NCBI GenBank assembly: GCA_029990205.1
Contig: JAPEKQ010000004.1
Coordinates: forward strand, 5,109-69,108
Reading direction: 5' to 3'
From: a bacterium
Lineage (GTDB): Bacteria > Joyebacterota > Joyebacteria > Joyebacterales > Joyebacteraceae
Length of the DNA: 64,000 nt
Position 1 is the stretch's first letter, and each line of letters begins with the position of its first letter. The notes under the pieces were generated by a model, which saw nothing but the letters and a program-made list of their open reading frames with translations, made no database searches and had not been told where the DNA came from. Positions 1-9,073 of the stretch are shown one piece after another. The translations under genes were made by a program, and so were the position numbers.

Positions 1-386
1 GGGTTCCAGTAGGGACCCCAGGGTGGATTGCTGCCGAAGCTGTCCGGGTACGCATCATGGAGGTCGTACGAGTTCCACCCGATCGTGTAGGTATCAACAC
101 CGTCGCAGTTCCAGGCTCCGGTGCCGTAGTACCCCTCGACCAGCGCGCAACCGCCGGCCTCCGCATAGACGTCAAAACCGCCGGCCGTGGATATCGCCTC
201 TCCACCGCCACCGACGACGTACCACGACCCCTCCACGGCGTCGATGGTACCGGTGTAGACTCCTCCCCCAGCATCGGTCAGCGTCCCTTCGAACTCCATG
301 ACGCTGCTGCCGACCGAGTTGCCCATCGCGGGCACTGCGATCAGCACCGAGAGGAGCAGCGTGATCGCGAATGCAATCTTCCGCAT
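1..386 (-). CDS. N-terminal fragment of a giant secreted protein that runs off the left edge of the window. It has a signal peptide and a conserved N-terminal domain of about 125 aa. It is a paralog of the 537-6065 gene.
   Basis: Reverse-complement translation from the ATG at 386 gives MRKIAFAITLLLSVLIAVPAMGNSVGSSVMEFEGTLTDAGGGVYTGTIDAVEGSWY... This is about 85% identical to the N-terminus of the downstream giant protein (MRTSALVLALILSIIIAAPASANSVGSSTMEFEGTLTDAGGGVYTGTIDAVAGSWY...). A Shine-Dalgarno-like AGGAGGAGAGAG lies directly upstream of the ATG. Confidence 0.7.
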   Translation of the reverse strand, partial: MRKIAFAITLLLSVLIAVPAMGNSVGSSVMEFEGTLTDAGGGVYTGTIDAVEGSWYVVGGGGEAISTAGGFDVYAEAGGCALVEGYYGTGAWNCDGVDTYTIGWNSYDLHDAYPDSFGSNPPWGPYWN

Positions 387-492
387 CTCTCTCCTCCTGT
401 TCTTGATCCGGCGTTGCCGCTCGCGGAGAGCAGGACGGATCGCGAATTCGTATTCCTCCACGTGTGTACGCCCTCACACAGACAGGCGAGCC

Positions 493-514
493 CCGGAGGG
501 CCGCACCCCTCCGG
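493..514 (-). terminator. Stem-loop directly after the stop of the giant 537-6065 gene (CCGGAGGG-ccgcac-CCCTCCGG).
   Basis: Perfect 8-bp GC-rich inverted repeat about 23 nt past the stop codon. No clear U-tract follows. Confidence 0.4.
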
Positions 515-536
515 TCGCTCGCCTTTGTCACGCCTC

Positions 537-3500
537 CTACTTCAGGAGCGTCATCTTGTGCGAACCGCGATACTCGGGCGTCTCCATCGTGCAGAAGTAG
601 ACGCCGCTGCCCACGGACTCGCCGTACTCGTTCGTCCCGTTCCACACCACGGTGTGGCGGCCGGGCTCGACCACGCCATCGACCAGCGTCGTCACAACGC
701 GACCCGCCACGTCGAAGACGCGAATCGTCACGCGCGACTCGCTCGGCAGGTGATAGCCGACCGTCGTCACCGGGTTGAACGGGTTCGGGGTGTTCCGGAC
801 GAGCTTGAAACTCGCGGGGATGCCCTCGTAGCTGAGGCCCTCAAGGTCTGCCGTCAGCTCGTCGTTGGCCGCACCGCGGAGCGTGGCCGACGAGAAGTCG
901 ACCGTGTACGCCTCGTCCACGATCTGGAAGGTGAGCACCGCAACGTCACCCGAGCCGCCGATCGTCACGTCCGTGCCGAGCACGGCCAGATCGATCTGCG
1001 TACTGCGGGAGGTCGCGTCGCTCCAGAAGAACACATCGGCCACCGGCGCACTCATCTCGTCGCTCAGACCGGCCGCAATGAACTCAAGACCGTCAAACTC
1101 GAGTTCGGTTGAGAGTCCCTTGATCTCACCGAGGTTGCCCTCGAGACGGAGAGCCAGACTCAGCACACCATCACTCGAGCGATCGGCCTCGTTCAGAGCC
1201 AGTGCCAGTCCGCCGACACTCGGCTCGGCCAGGAACGGCACGATCCGCGGAGCGACAACGTCGTAGTTCATCGCGAAGATCATGAGATCTTCAAAGCTTA
1301 CGATACCGTCAGGAACAGGAACGCCCACCCGGCTATTGTCGTCGGTCGGGCCGACGTTGCACTCGGGCTCCCAACCAAGACCGCCCGTGCTCACGCCGTA
1401 TGTACCGCCCAAGATGTTGATGTCTGCGTCGTTGACACGGCCGTTGTAGCCACCAACACCTCCACCGAGCGCGCCAGCGACATCGCCCAACCAGTAGTTC
1501 GTGCACCGGTCACCGGTCCCGGCAGGCCCGTAGTTGCCAGCCTTATCACGTGCGAAGACACCGTAGTAAAGGATGCTCCGCTCACTGCCATCCGACGCGT
1601 AGGTGGCGCCATAGCTCCCCCCGGTGACGTTCTCGTCGACGAGGTCGCCATCACCCGCATCCGTCGGGTACGCTGGCGTGCCAGCCAGAGGGTACGTCGG
1701 GTATCCGGCGTCACCCCACGCGTTGCTCCTGAGCACGTACTCGTGGAAGTTGGCATCGTACGTCGTCGGACTGTCGGTCCATGTCAGGTCGGCCTTGTTG
1801 TGACCTGGAGCCGCGGCAAGGTCCGTCACAGCCACGGGCAGCGTGTTGTCCACGTTGACTGTGATCTCGTCGTACGACGTGTTCCCGAGGAGGTCGGTCA
1901 CCGTGACTCTGACAACCTGGGCCCCATCGGCACCAAGATCGGCGTCATCGAGGTTCCACGTCGCCGTGCCGGTCGCGTAAGTAGACGGCGCCACAGCAGT
2001 ACCGCCACCATCCAACAGCGTCGACAGGTTCGCCACGACCGTCACATCGTCGAGGTCTCCACATGCGTCCGTGACCGTCGCCTCGATCACAAGGTCGTTG
2101 CCGTCCCTTGCCCAGTTATCGAAGTACGGATTGTCAGGATTATCGACCGACAGCGTCGCGACAGCGGGAACCTCGGTATCGACCTCGATGGAAGCCCCAC
2201 TGGCATAGACACCCGACAGCGGCTGGTTGGCGTTGTCGCGGAAGAGGACACTCGTGATGCTGATATCGTCGCTCCCGCAACCCGCGGCGCTCAGATCGAT
2301 CGTGAAGAGCGTGGCGGGACCGGTAACGCCAGCCTGGTTTCCAAGCAACGTCCAGTCAACGGTGTGCGAAGCCGTGGTGCTGCCAACGCCGATATCACCA
2401 TAGTGCGTGAAGAAATCGTTGCCTGCTACGCCAGGGAAGATATCTCCAATGGCTACACCGTCCATCGACACATCGGCACCCCACGTGAAGGTGACCGAGA
2501 CCCCATAGATGAGGCCTGACGCCCCACCAAGGTAGTCGACAGATATCGTTTCGTCATCGTCGGTGTCGTTGAGCTCGATGTCATCCGGAACGCAGACGAT
2601 GTTCTCGCTGCCGGCCTTGCCGATCCACGGATCGAAGTCGACGAAGTCCGAAACCTCGCAGCCGAGACCACCCGTGTTGCTCGAGTGATACGGACCGGTC
2701 GCGTCGCCCCACCAGTTGCCCTCGGCGTCAACAGCTACTCCGTCATCGTTCCTGACGCCGTAGAGGTCTCCGAGCAGGCTGTTGTAGCTGAGGGACACAT
2801 CAGTGCCGGCAGGCAGGCCGCCATAGGATGCGCCGATGATATCGTAAACGCTGAGTGCGTGGTCGAAGCCCTTGACCGCGTTGCTGAGGATATCGATGTC
2901 CAGGTCATGGGCCCACGTGTAGCTATCGGCATAGTGCGAGATCTTCATGCCGGCCGCAGCCATTGTCCCGGCACCACCGGTGCCGCCCCCATCGACGCCA
3001 TTGCGAGCCACGGTTGTGTTGTAGAACCCGTCGCCGCCGACAGTGAACCCGATGCCGTACATGGCATCGGCGTAGGGAGCGCCTGTGAACGTCATCACGT
3101 TATCGGTCACGGAGATGTCGCACGCGAGGAGCGTCGCGTCGTAGGTGCGCAGATCGATCATCCCGACATACGCCCCAACATCTGTGTCCTGCGTGAAGGT
3201 GTTGTTGTTGATATCGAGGCCGTCGATGGAGTAGTCCTCCATGCCGTTCAGCCCGAAGATGAACCGGATCGCTGCGCTCCACCCCGTGTTCGTGAAGGTG
3301 TTGCCGCTGATGACGAAGTTCTCCACGGTCGAGTTGGCGCCGTAGTTCCATACGTACACGCCGCGCCCGTACTCCGTGAAGGTGTTGCCTGTCACGGAGA
3401 TGTTCCGCAGATCGAAGTCGTCGTCATCGCCATCGCCGATATACAGACCCGCGACGCAGGCGGTGTAGTCGGCCGGATCCACCGGGCCGAACGCGCACCC

Positions 3501-6065
3501 GGTCACGTCGAGGCCGTCGATGCCCGAACGAAGATAGATGCTCGTCCACATCTCGTTGAACGTGCAGTCCGTGATCGAGAAGTCACTCAGAGACAGGCTG
3601 TTGGGCGCGAAGATGCCGATGTTGCGCGTGTACACGCCAAGGGACGCAACAGACGCGTCAAACTCGCAGTCCGTGACCGTCAGACCGGCGAAGTCTCCCA
3701 TGAGGTGCACACCGTAGGTGTTCGGACCTGCGCCCGCGCCGAGGTTCGGGAAGTTCACCCGGGTCAGCGTCAGGTCGGCGCTCGAGTTGACCTGGATGCC
3801 CTCGGTCAACTCAGCCGGGTCGCTGATGGCCAGGTCCGAGATCGTGACGTCGTCAGCCGTCACATCGATGACCGGGTAGGCGCCAGGCTCGATCAGCGTC
3901 GCTGTCTCACCGGCCCCGATCAGACTGAGGGACTTGTCGATGAGGAGCTGCTCGGGGTAGGTACCGGCTGCCACATTGATCGTTGCGCCGGAGGTCGCTG
4001 CGTCGATCGCGTCCTGGATCGAGTCCTTCGTACCGAGCGGCATGGGCGACGTTCCCGGAGGCGCCGCGAACCACGGGCTGTAGTCCACGTTGTCCGTGAC
4101 CGCGTCACCAGCGCGTCCGGTTGTCGGACCGTCGGCGTCGTCCCACCAGTTGAGTTCAGCGTCGATGACCAACCCGTTGGTCGGCGTCCCGACGACCTGC
4201 ACTCCGTAATGTGCGAGAGGGTTGCCGAGGTGGCCATTGCCGTAGATGGCGTTGCCGGAACCGTTGATATCCGTGGCGCAGTCGTAGCAGGCATACTGGC
4301 CGCTAGAGGGAGGACTCTCGAACTGCGGGTTCCAGTAGTTCCCCTCGAGGTCCAGCATGATCCCGTTCCAGCCGTTGTCGTAGATCGCATTGTCATCGAT
4401 GAAGATGCTGTCGTTCTTGGGTCCCATGTAGATGCCGCACTTCTGATTGTCGTGGATGTCGTTGCCCACGATGGTCAGGTTGACAGGACCGTATGCGGTC
4501 AGCGGGTCGGAGACCTTGTCCGACGAGCCTCTGATCAGCTGGATGCCGTGTCCGTACTTCAGGAAGTCCGGGTCGTCACCCGGCAGACCGGTGCATCCGT
4601 AGATGTCGTTGTTGCTGATAACAAGGTCGGCGTAACCGCCGGCGGTCTCGATTCCCGCCCTGTGCGAACCGTAGATCTCGTTGTCGTCGATGACGGTTCC
4701 CGCCATAGACGCGGGGCCGGGGGCCCCGTAGGCGTAGTACGACGTCCACAGGAAGACGTTGTCGCCGTTGCCCTTGCAGTCGAAGATCTTGTTGTGTGAG
4801 AAGCTGCTGCTCTCGATACCGTCGTCACCGTACGGATGGTTCACGAGGTAGAGCCCCATGCGACCGTGTGTCCCGTCCTGGCTCACAACGTTCGTATTGG
4901 GTCCGACGATGTTGTTCTCGAACACGATGTTCTCGATGACGCCGGTGTGAGCGTAGACGCGGACGAGAGACGTGTTCTTGTTCGCCTCCGCCGCCAGCTC
5001 CTGCACGATGAAGCCCTTGAATGTCACGTCGCTCACATCGTAGATGTCGACGATGGCCGTGTAGCTTCCGGCCGGGTCGGGATGGCTGATGATCGTCTCA
5101 ACGCCCGGATCCCATGCGTAGTCTGCAGGTACCGTGTAGCCGTTCTTGTTGAGCGCGTGCGTCGCTCCGAGCATCGTCACCGGCTTCTCAACGAGGATCT
5201 CCTCGACATAGTGGCCGGCCGCGACATTGACGGTCCCGCCGTCCAGCACGGCATCGACGCCGTTCTGGATCAGGTCGAAGTGCGTGATGCCCCAGCCGGG
5301 AGTCGCCGACGTGAAGTCATCATCGACCCACACCTCGGGCGGAGCCGCAGGCGTCAGCGTCACCTGGTAGATGCCGCCGTCCCCAGCGATGATCTCGACA
5401 TCGAAGCCGCCGAACTGAAGCGGGATAGCGTCGCTGCCCCACGTCCAGTCCATGTCCCACCAGCCTGCGCCGGCGCCATGCGCGTAGCAGTCACCATCGT
5501 TGGCGTCCGGATCCGTCGGAAGCGTCCCCGTGTACGAGCCGACATCGTTCTCCGACGCGTACATGTTCGTCCAGTCCATCAGGCCGGACATCGGCGTTCC
5601 CTGATGCACGGACTTGTACTGAAGAGCCCAGGTCGTCCCGGTCAGCACGAGCTCGTAGTTGTAGTAGTCCGCGACATCCGGGTTCCAGAAGCCGCCCCAG
5701 GGCGGGCTCCCGGTTCCATCGTCCGGATAACCATCGTGAGGGTCCGACGTGCCGTACCCGATGGTGTACGTGTCGGTTCCGGAGCAGTTCCACGCACCCG
5801 TCCCGTAATACCCCTCGACGAATGCGCAACCGCCCGTCTTGGCATAGACATCGAATCCCCCGGCGGTGGAAATGGCTTCACCACCGCCGCCGACCGCGTA
5901 CCACGAGCCGGCTACGGCGTCGATCGTTCCTGTGTAGACGCCACCACCGGCGTCCGTCAGTGTTCCCTCGAACTCCATCGTGCTGCTGCCAACGGAGTTG
6001 GCCGAAGCGGGCGCAGCGATGATGATCGAGAGAATCAGCGCGAGTACCAATGCACTGGTCCGCAT
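537..6065 (-). CDS. Giant secreted protein of 1842 aa with right-handed parallel beta-helix (pectate-lyase-like) repeats and a C-terminal T9SS sorting domain.
   Basis: Start moved to the internal ATG at 6065 (MRTSALVLALILSIIIAAPASA, signal peptide), preceded by AGGAGGAG. Many NxxTFT/ISGNTF/VTGNTF beta-helix turn motifs. The C-terminus PNPFNPVTTVGYHLPSESRVTIRVFDVAGRVVTTLVDG...GSGVYFCTME...K is a FlgD Ig-like / Por-secretion tail. Confidence 0.85.
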   Translation of the reverse strand: MRTSALVLALILSIIIAAPASANSVGSSTMEFEGTLTDAGGGVYTGTIDAVAGSWYAVGGGGEAISTAGGFDVYAKTGGCAFVEGYYGTGAWNCSGTDTYTIGYGTSDPHDGYPDDGTGSPPWGGFWNPDVADYYNYELVLTGTTWALQYKSVHQGTPMSGLMDWTNMYASENDVGSYTGTLPTDPDANDGDCYAHGAGAGWWDMDWTWGSDAIPLQFGGFDVEIIAGDGGIYQVTLTPAAPPEVWVDDDFTSATPGWGITHFDLIQNGVDAVLDGGTVNVAAGHYVEEILVEKPVTMLGATHALNKNGYTVPADYAWDPGVETIISHPDPAGSYTAIVDIYDVSDVTFKGFIVQELAAEANKNTSLVRVYAHTGVIENIVFENNIVGPNTNVVSQDGTHGRMGLYLVNHPYGDDGIESSSFSHNKIFDCKGNGDNVFLWTSYYAYGAPGPASMAGTVIDDNEIYGSHRAGIETAGGYADLVISNNDIYGCTGLPGDDPDFLKYGHGIQLIRGSSDKVSDPLTAYGPVNLTIVGNDIHDNQKCGIYMGPKNDSIFIDDNAIYDNGWNGIMLDLEGNYWNPQFESPPSSGQYACYDCATDINGSGNAIYGNGHLGNPLAHYGVQVVGTPTNGLVIDAELNWWDDADGPTTGRAGDAVTDNVDYSPWFAAPPGTSPMPLGTKDSIQDAIDAATSGATINVAAGTYPEQLLIDKSLSLIGAGETATLIEPGAYPVIDVTADDVTISDLAISDPAELTEGIQVNSSADLTLTRVNFPNLGAGAGPNTYGVHLMGDFAGLTVTDCEFDASVASLGVYTRNIGIFAPNSLSLSDFSITDCTFNEMWTSIYLRSGIDGLDVTGCAFGPVDPADYTACVAGLYIGDGDDDDFDLRNISVTGNTFTEYGRGVYVWNYGANSTVENFVISGNTFTNTGWSAAIRFIFGLNGMEDYSIDGLDINNNTFTQDTDVGAYVGMIDLRTYDATLLACDISVTDNVMTFTGAPYADAMYGIGFTVGGDGFYNTTVARNGVDGGGTGGAGTMAAAGMKISHYADSYTWAHDLDIDILSNAVKGFDHALSVYDIIGASYGGLPAGTDVSLSYNSLLGDLYGVRNDDGVAVDAEGNWWGDATGPYHSSNTGGLGCEVSDFVDFDPWIGKAGSENIVCVPDDIELNDTDDDETISVDYLGGASGLIYGVSVTFTWGADVSMDGVAIGDIFPGVAGNDFFTHYGDIGVGSTTASHTVDWTLLGNQAGVTGPATLFTIDLSAAGCGSDDISITSVLFRDNANQPLSGVYASGASIEVDTEVPAVATLSVDNPDNPYFDNWARDGNDLVIEATVTDACGDLDDVTVVANLSTLLDGGGTAVAPSTYATGTATWNLDDADLGADGAQVVRVTVTDLLGNTSYDEITVNVDNTLPVAVTDLAAAPGHNKADLTWTDSPTTYDANFHEYVLRSNAWGDAGYPTYPLAGTPAYPTDAGDGDLVDENVTGGSYGATYASDGSERSILYYGVFARDKAGNYGPAGTGDRCTNYWLGDVAGALGGGVGGYNGRVNDADINILGGTYGVSTGGLGWEPECNVGPTDDNSRVGVPVPDGIVSFEDLMIFAMNYDVVAPRIVPFLAEPSVGGLALALNEADRSSDGVLSLALRLEGNLGEIKGLSTELEFDGLEFIAAGLSDEMSAPVADVFFWSDATSRSTQIDLAVLGTDVTIGGSGDVAVLTFQIVDEAYTVDFSSATLRGAANDELTADLEGLSYEGIPASFKLVRNTPNPFNPVTTVGYHLPSESRVTIRVFDVAGRVVTTLVDGVVEPGRHTVVWNGTNEYGESVGSGVYFCTMETPEYRGSHKMTLLK

Positions 6066-6299
6066 GCTCTTCTCCTCCTGGGCATGTGCGAGTAACCTCG
6101 AATGACGCGACTGCAGCGGCCCGCTCGTGACGCTCACGCGTCGACCGCCTTGCACCTCCCGCAGTGCTCAGCTTGTCATCGCTCCTCCTTCGCCGCTCCG
6201 AAGTCGCTGAACTCCGCTCTTGACGGGCCAGCTCGGTGCGTGTACATTCCCGAAGCACAAGAGCGGACATGCTCACGCCTCACGGTGTGATGCAGCCCC

Positions 6300-6479
6300 G
6301 CTTCTTGGCCGGGCGGCTGGACTGGGTGCCAACCTATCCTCCAGTCGCCCTTGTTATCGTTTCCATGCTGTGTTCTGGATCTCTCTCCACGTCCGCGGCG
6401 TTCCCCATCCTCACTGCCCGCCCCCCCACCCAGCTGCGAGACTGGGCGGGAGAGGCAGGCGTTTCCCGAGGGAGGAAAC
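6300..6479 (-). promoter_or_regulatory. Conserved structured 5' leader, copy 1. This is the 5'-most roughly 180 nt of a roughly 415-nt 5' UTR of the giant gene. It is a candidate cis-regulatory RNA or sRNA.
   Basis: About 75% identical to 15282-15455. At the inferred 5' end there is a GUUUCC-ucccucg-GGAAAC hairpin (6461-6479 on plus). A second hairpin, CCCAG-cugcgaga-CUGGG, has two covarying pairs in the other copy. G-tracts (GGGUGGGGGGGCGGGCAG...GGGG) are conserved. Confidence 0.55.
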
Positions 6480-6485
6480 ACTGTC

Positions 6486-6514
6486 ATTATACTGCCCGTC
6501 GCGAGCTATGTCAA
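6486..6514 (-). promoter_or_regulatory. Perfect sigma70 consensus promoter TTGACA-17 bp-TATAAT, copy 1.
   Basis: The minus strand reads TTGACAtagctcgcgacgggcagTATAATgacagtG. The -35 box is at 6514..6509 and the -10 box at 6491..6486. An AT-rich region lies upstream and conserved ATGTGCTTGTC / TGCAGTTAG boxes sit 40-90 bp further upstream. Confidence 0.7.
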
Positions 6515-6640
6515 TATTGATTGAACCACCATGAAACTTCACTCACTACACTACAGACATCTAACTGCAATAGATGGACAAGCACATAGGATGCATTTTG
6601 TCTAGTTCGAACACCCTTACTGACTGACCACCAGACAAAG

Positions 6641-6671
6641 ACGCCGACCCCCGCCATGAAGGTAAGGGTCG
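6641..6671 (-). terminator. Terminator hairpin after the GH5 gene (GCCGACCC-15 nt loop-GGGTCGGC, followed by GUCUUUGUCU).
   Basis: 8-bp GC stem about 37 nt past the stop at 6708, followed by a U-rich stretch on the transcribed strand. Confidence 0.5.
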
Positions 6672-6707
6672 GCGCTATTCTGGGCGTGCTTCACGGCGCG
6701 CGAGTGC

Positions 6708-8318
6708 TCAACGCGCAGCACGGATGTAGACGAGCTTGCACACGGCCTGCGCTGACTCGCTCCTGACAATGATGAAGTACACACCCGATGGCATGTTCGC
6801 ATCTGCACGGGGCCATGACAGGCAAAGGCGCTTCTCGCGCGCGCGACAACTCTCAACCACTCGGCCGCGCACGTCGACGATGTCAACACGACGACCTGCG
6901 TCCCGCTGCGGGAACTCGGCGGTGATCGTCGCGGGTCCGAGTGAGGGAGACGGAGAGACACTGAGAGATCCGCGACGCTCGTCGACACCCGGATCATCAT
7001 CCACCGATGTACCCAGCGCGATTCGACTCATCTCGTACGCATGTTCCGCCAGCACGGACAGCGTCGTCGTGTCATCGTCGTAGATGCTGTACCACCCCTG
7101 ACACTCGTGTGGCGGGTCGCCCACCCATGGGTCGCCAGGACTCCAGTGACCACCGGCGGGAACAAGTGGCCGTCCCTCCCCCGCCCAGGCCCAGACGTTG
7201 TCACCACACGCCGGCCCTCCACTCGCCGCTGATACCTCCACGAGTCCGTACAACAGACCGAGGAGCGAGTTCCGCCAGCTCGCGTCTCCCGACGGGTCGA
7301 ACGAACCGCCATCACGAGCGAGCCCGAACTCTTCGAGAACCAACGGTTTGTTGAGGAACTGCGCGTTGGCAATATGTGCCGAGAGGTAATCCTCTGCGGC
7401 TGCCGAGGCGGCCGGGAAGGTCGCCTCCGGATCGGACGGGTCAAACCACTCCCAGTTCTGGGGCCAGATGTGAACGGTTGCGTAATCGATGTCGGGACCG
7501 TCGTGGTTGTCGATGAAATCGAGCCCGTTCCACGATGGCCATGGCGTGTCTCCCTCACACCCGGTCGTCACCAGATGGTTCCCGTCGAGCCCCTTGATGT
7601 AGGCAGCGGTGTCGTCCAGCCAGGTATTGAATGCGGCTGCGTTGTTGTGGAAGCCGCGGGGCTCGTTGGCCAGTTCCCACGCCATGATCGTCGGCTCGTC
7701 TCTATAATAGAGGCCCGTGTACGGGTTGAGCCGCCCTGTGAGAAATGCGATGTGGTCCCTCAGGTCCTGCATCGCATCCGCATTCGAGTAGAAGTCGGAC
7801 GCGTAGTCCTGGTATGCATTCCAGTCCCCGCCTGGCTCCGGAGGAGGATACGGCACCGGACCGCCGCCGTTCCAACTCACGTACTGGGCCATGCCGCCGG
7901 ACCAGTGCCAGAAGTTCGTGACGCAGGCGACCGCCCTCATCCCCCGCTCATCCATCTCGCTGAGGAGGTAGTCGAGACCGTCGAGCACGTCCGGATCGTA
8001 CACCCCCGGCGCGGTCTGGAGCGGCGGCACGATGCGCCACGGTTCGGTGTCAGGTCCCTCGCTTCCGACCATGATGCGGAGGTTCGTCACGCCGAGCGAA
8101 CGCAACGTGTCGAGCTCGCGGCACAGGCGCTCGCGGTCGCCCCCTGTGCCCGCAGAACCAAGGTTCATCCCATACCAGTAGTTGACGCCGGCGTACAGGT
8201 ACGGCTCCCCGTTGAGCTCGAGCATGGTCCCTTCGGCCTCGACGAACCCCACGTTGTCGCCGGAGCACAGGCAGGCCATCGCCAACCAGACCAGCAGAGC
8301 AACACAGATGTATCTCAC
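6708..8318 (-). CDS. Secreted glycoside hydrolase family 5 enzyme (beta-mannanase-like) with a T9SS C-terminal sorting domain.
   Basis: Signal peptide MRYICVALLVWLAMACLCSG on a GTG start. GH5 acid/base motif WELANEPR and nucleophile motif LVLEEFG. C-terminal ...MPSGVYFIIVRSESAQAVCKLVYIRAAR tail. Confidence 0.8.
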   Translation of the reverse strand: MRYICVALLVWLAMACLCSGDNVGFVEAEGTMLELNGEPYLYAGVNYWYGMNLGSAGTGGDRERLCRELDTLRSLGVTNLRIMVGSEGPDTEPWRIVPPLQTAPGVYDPDVLDGLDYLLSEMDERGMRAVACVTNFWHWSGGMAQYVSWNGGGPVPYPPPEPGGDWNAYQDYASDFYSNADAMQDLRDHIAFLTGRLNPYTGLYYRDEPTIMAWELANEPRGFHNNAAAFNTWLDDTAAYIKGLDGNHLVTTGCEGDTPWPSWNGLDFIDNHDGPDIDYATVHIWPQNWEWFDPSDPEATFPAASAAAEDYLSAHIANAQFLNKPLVLEEFGLARDGGSFDPSGDASWRNSLLGLLYGLVEVSAASGGPACGDNVWAWAGEGRPLVPAGGHWSPGDPWVGDPPHECQGWYSIYDDDTTTLSVLAEHAYEMSRIALGTSVDDDPGVDERRGSLSVSPSPSLGPATITAEFPQRDAGRRVDIVDVRGRVVESCRAREKRLCLSWPRADANMPSGVYFIIVRSESAQAVCKLVYIRAAR

Positions 8319-8407
8319 GTTCGCGCTCCCCGGAAGTCTGCTGCGTCGTTCCCTGCGTCGGCGATCGCCCGCGCGACCCCGCGCTCGTCATGTGTCCGTG
8401 ACACCGG

Positions 8408-9019
8408 TTACCTGTACATCGCCTTGATCTGAGACCACGTGCTCGGAGCGACCGGCAGTGCCAGATCGCACTCGACGCTGATCCAGTCGAAGTACATCTG
8501 CCCGTAGGTGGACCAGCCGGACCAATGGCTCGCCGTGGAAACGAAGTAGAGCACACAGGGACCGCACATGCAGACGTCCTGAACCGTCGTGATGTGCCAC
8601 TGAAGCTCGGTGTTGAGCTCGTCGCCCGGATAGCTGTACACAAGCGTGCCCGGAGGTGAAGCGCCCATGTCGTAGACATAGAGATCGAACGCATCGACGG
8701 CCTGGCCTTCGAGATGCCTGAGCGTGATGCACCTCGGGTTGACATCGGGCTCCGTGCCGAAGTCGAGGAGGATGAGCGCCGCGATGTCGCCGTCTCCGAG
8801 CGACTCGGGACAGTCGATGCCCCGGCAGACCACAACGTCCCCGTACGGCCCCGGGGGATCGTGGTGATCACCGTACTGGACATCGCCCCAACCGACCATG
8901 TTGTGACCAAGCTCTGACGCAGGCACTCCAATGTCGACCATATCCATCACATCGGCCGACACTGGTACAACGACCACGGTAGCAAGCAATGCTATGAGGA
9001 TGGCGAGGAATCGTCTCAT
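8408..9019 (-). CDS. Small cysteine-rich secreted hypothetical protein (about 200 aa).
   Basis: Start at the ATG at 9019 (MRRFLAILIALLATVVVVPVSA) with a GGGAGGTG Shine-Dalgarno sequence. No recognisable domain. Confidence 0.6.
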   Translation of the reverse strand: MRRFLAILIALLATVVVVPVSADVMDMVDIGVPASELGHNMVGWGDVQYGDHHDPPGPYGDVVVCRGIDCPESLGDGDIAALILLDFGTEPDVNPRCITLRHLEGQAVDAFDLYVYDMGASPPGTLVYSYPGDELNTELQWHITTVQDVCMCGPCVLYFVSTASHWSGWSTYGQMYFDWISVECDLALPVAPSTWSQIKAMYR

Positions 9020-9073
9020 GACAACACCTCCCGTCTTCTCAACAGACCTGGCGGGGCGCACATGCGTGGGCCC

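Noticed and set aside
2685-4799. 704-aa plus-strand ORF, and likewise 57-1112, 1743-2519, 4836-6095, 7374-8432, 9471-11189, 17387-18439, 18178-20157, 19001-20149, 24940-26547, 28504-29922, 36897-38528, 39225-42554, 47358-48710, 48765-50672 and others.
   Set aside because: All are antisense to minus-strand genes with clear domain content. Their translations are low-complexity R/A/G/P/D-rich, which is typical of the reverse frame of high-GC coding DNA. None has a Shine-Dalgarno-supported start or a recognisable domain.
6300-6479. Checked the leader against known riboswitch classes (TPP, SAM, cobalamin, glycine, c-di-GMP, FMN, purine, lysine, glmS).
   Set aside because: No characteristic conserved cores recognised. 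Left as an unclassified structured leader.
6176-6487. 103-aa minus-strand ORF inside the conserved leader (possible uORF or leader peptide).
   Set aside because: Its start lies upstream of the inferred transcription start. It is not conserved in copy 2 of the module. Its composition is arginine/glycine-rich noise.
6290-6610. Considered that the duplicated 300-bp element is a MITE or IS remnant.
   Set aside because: No terminal inverted repeats, target-site duplication or transposase fragment visible. Both copies are oriented identically relative to a downstream gene and carry a perfect outward promoter, so a regulatory module is more parsimonious. A mobile origin cannot be excluded.
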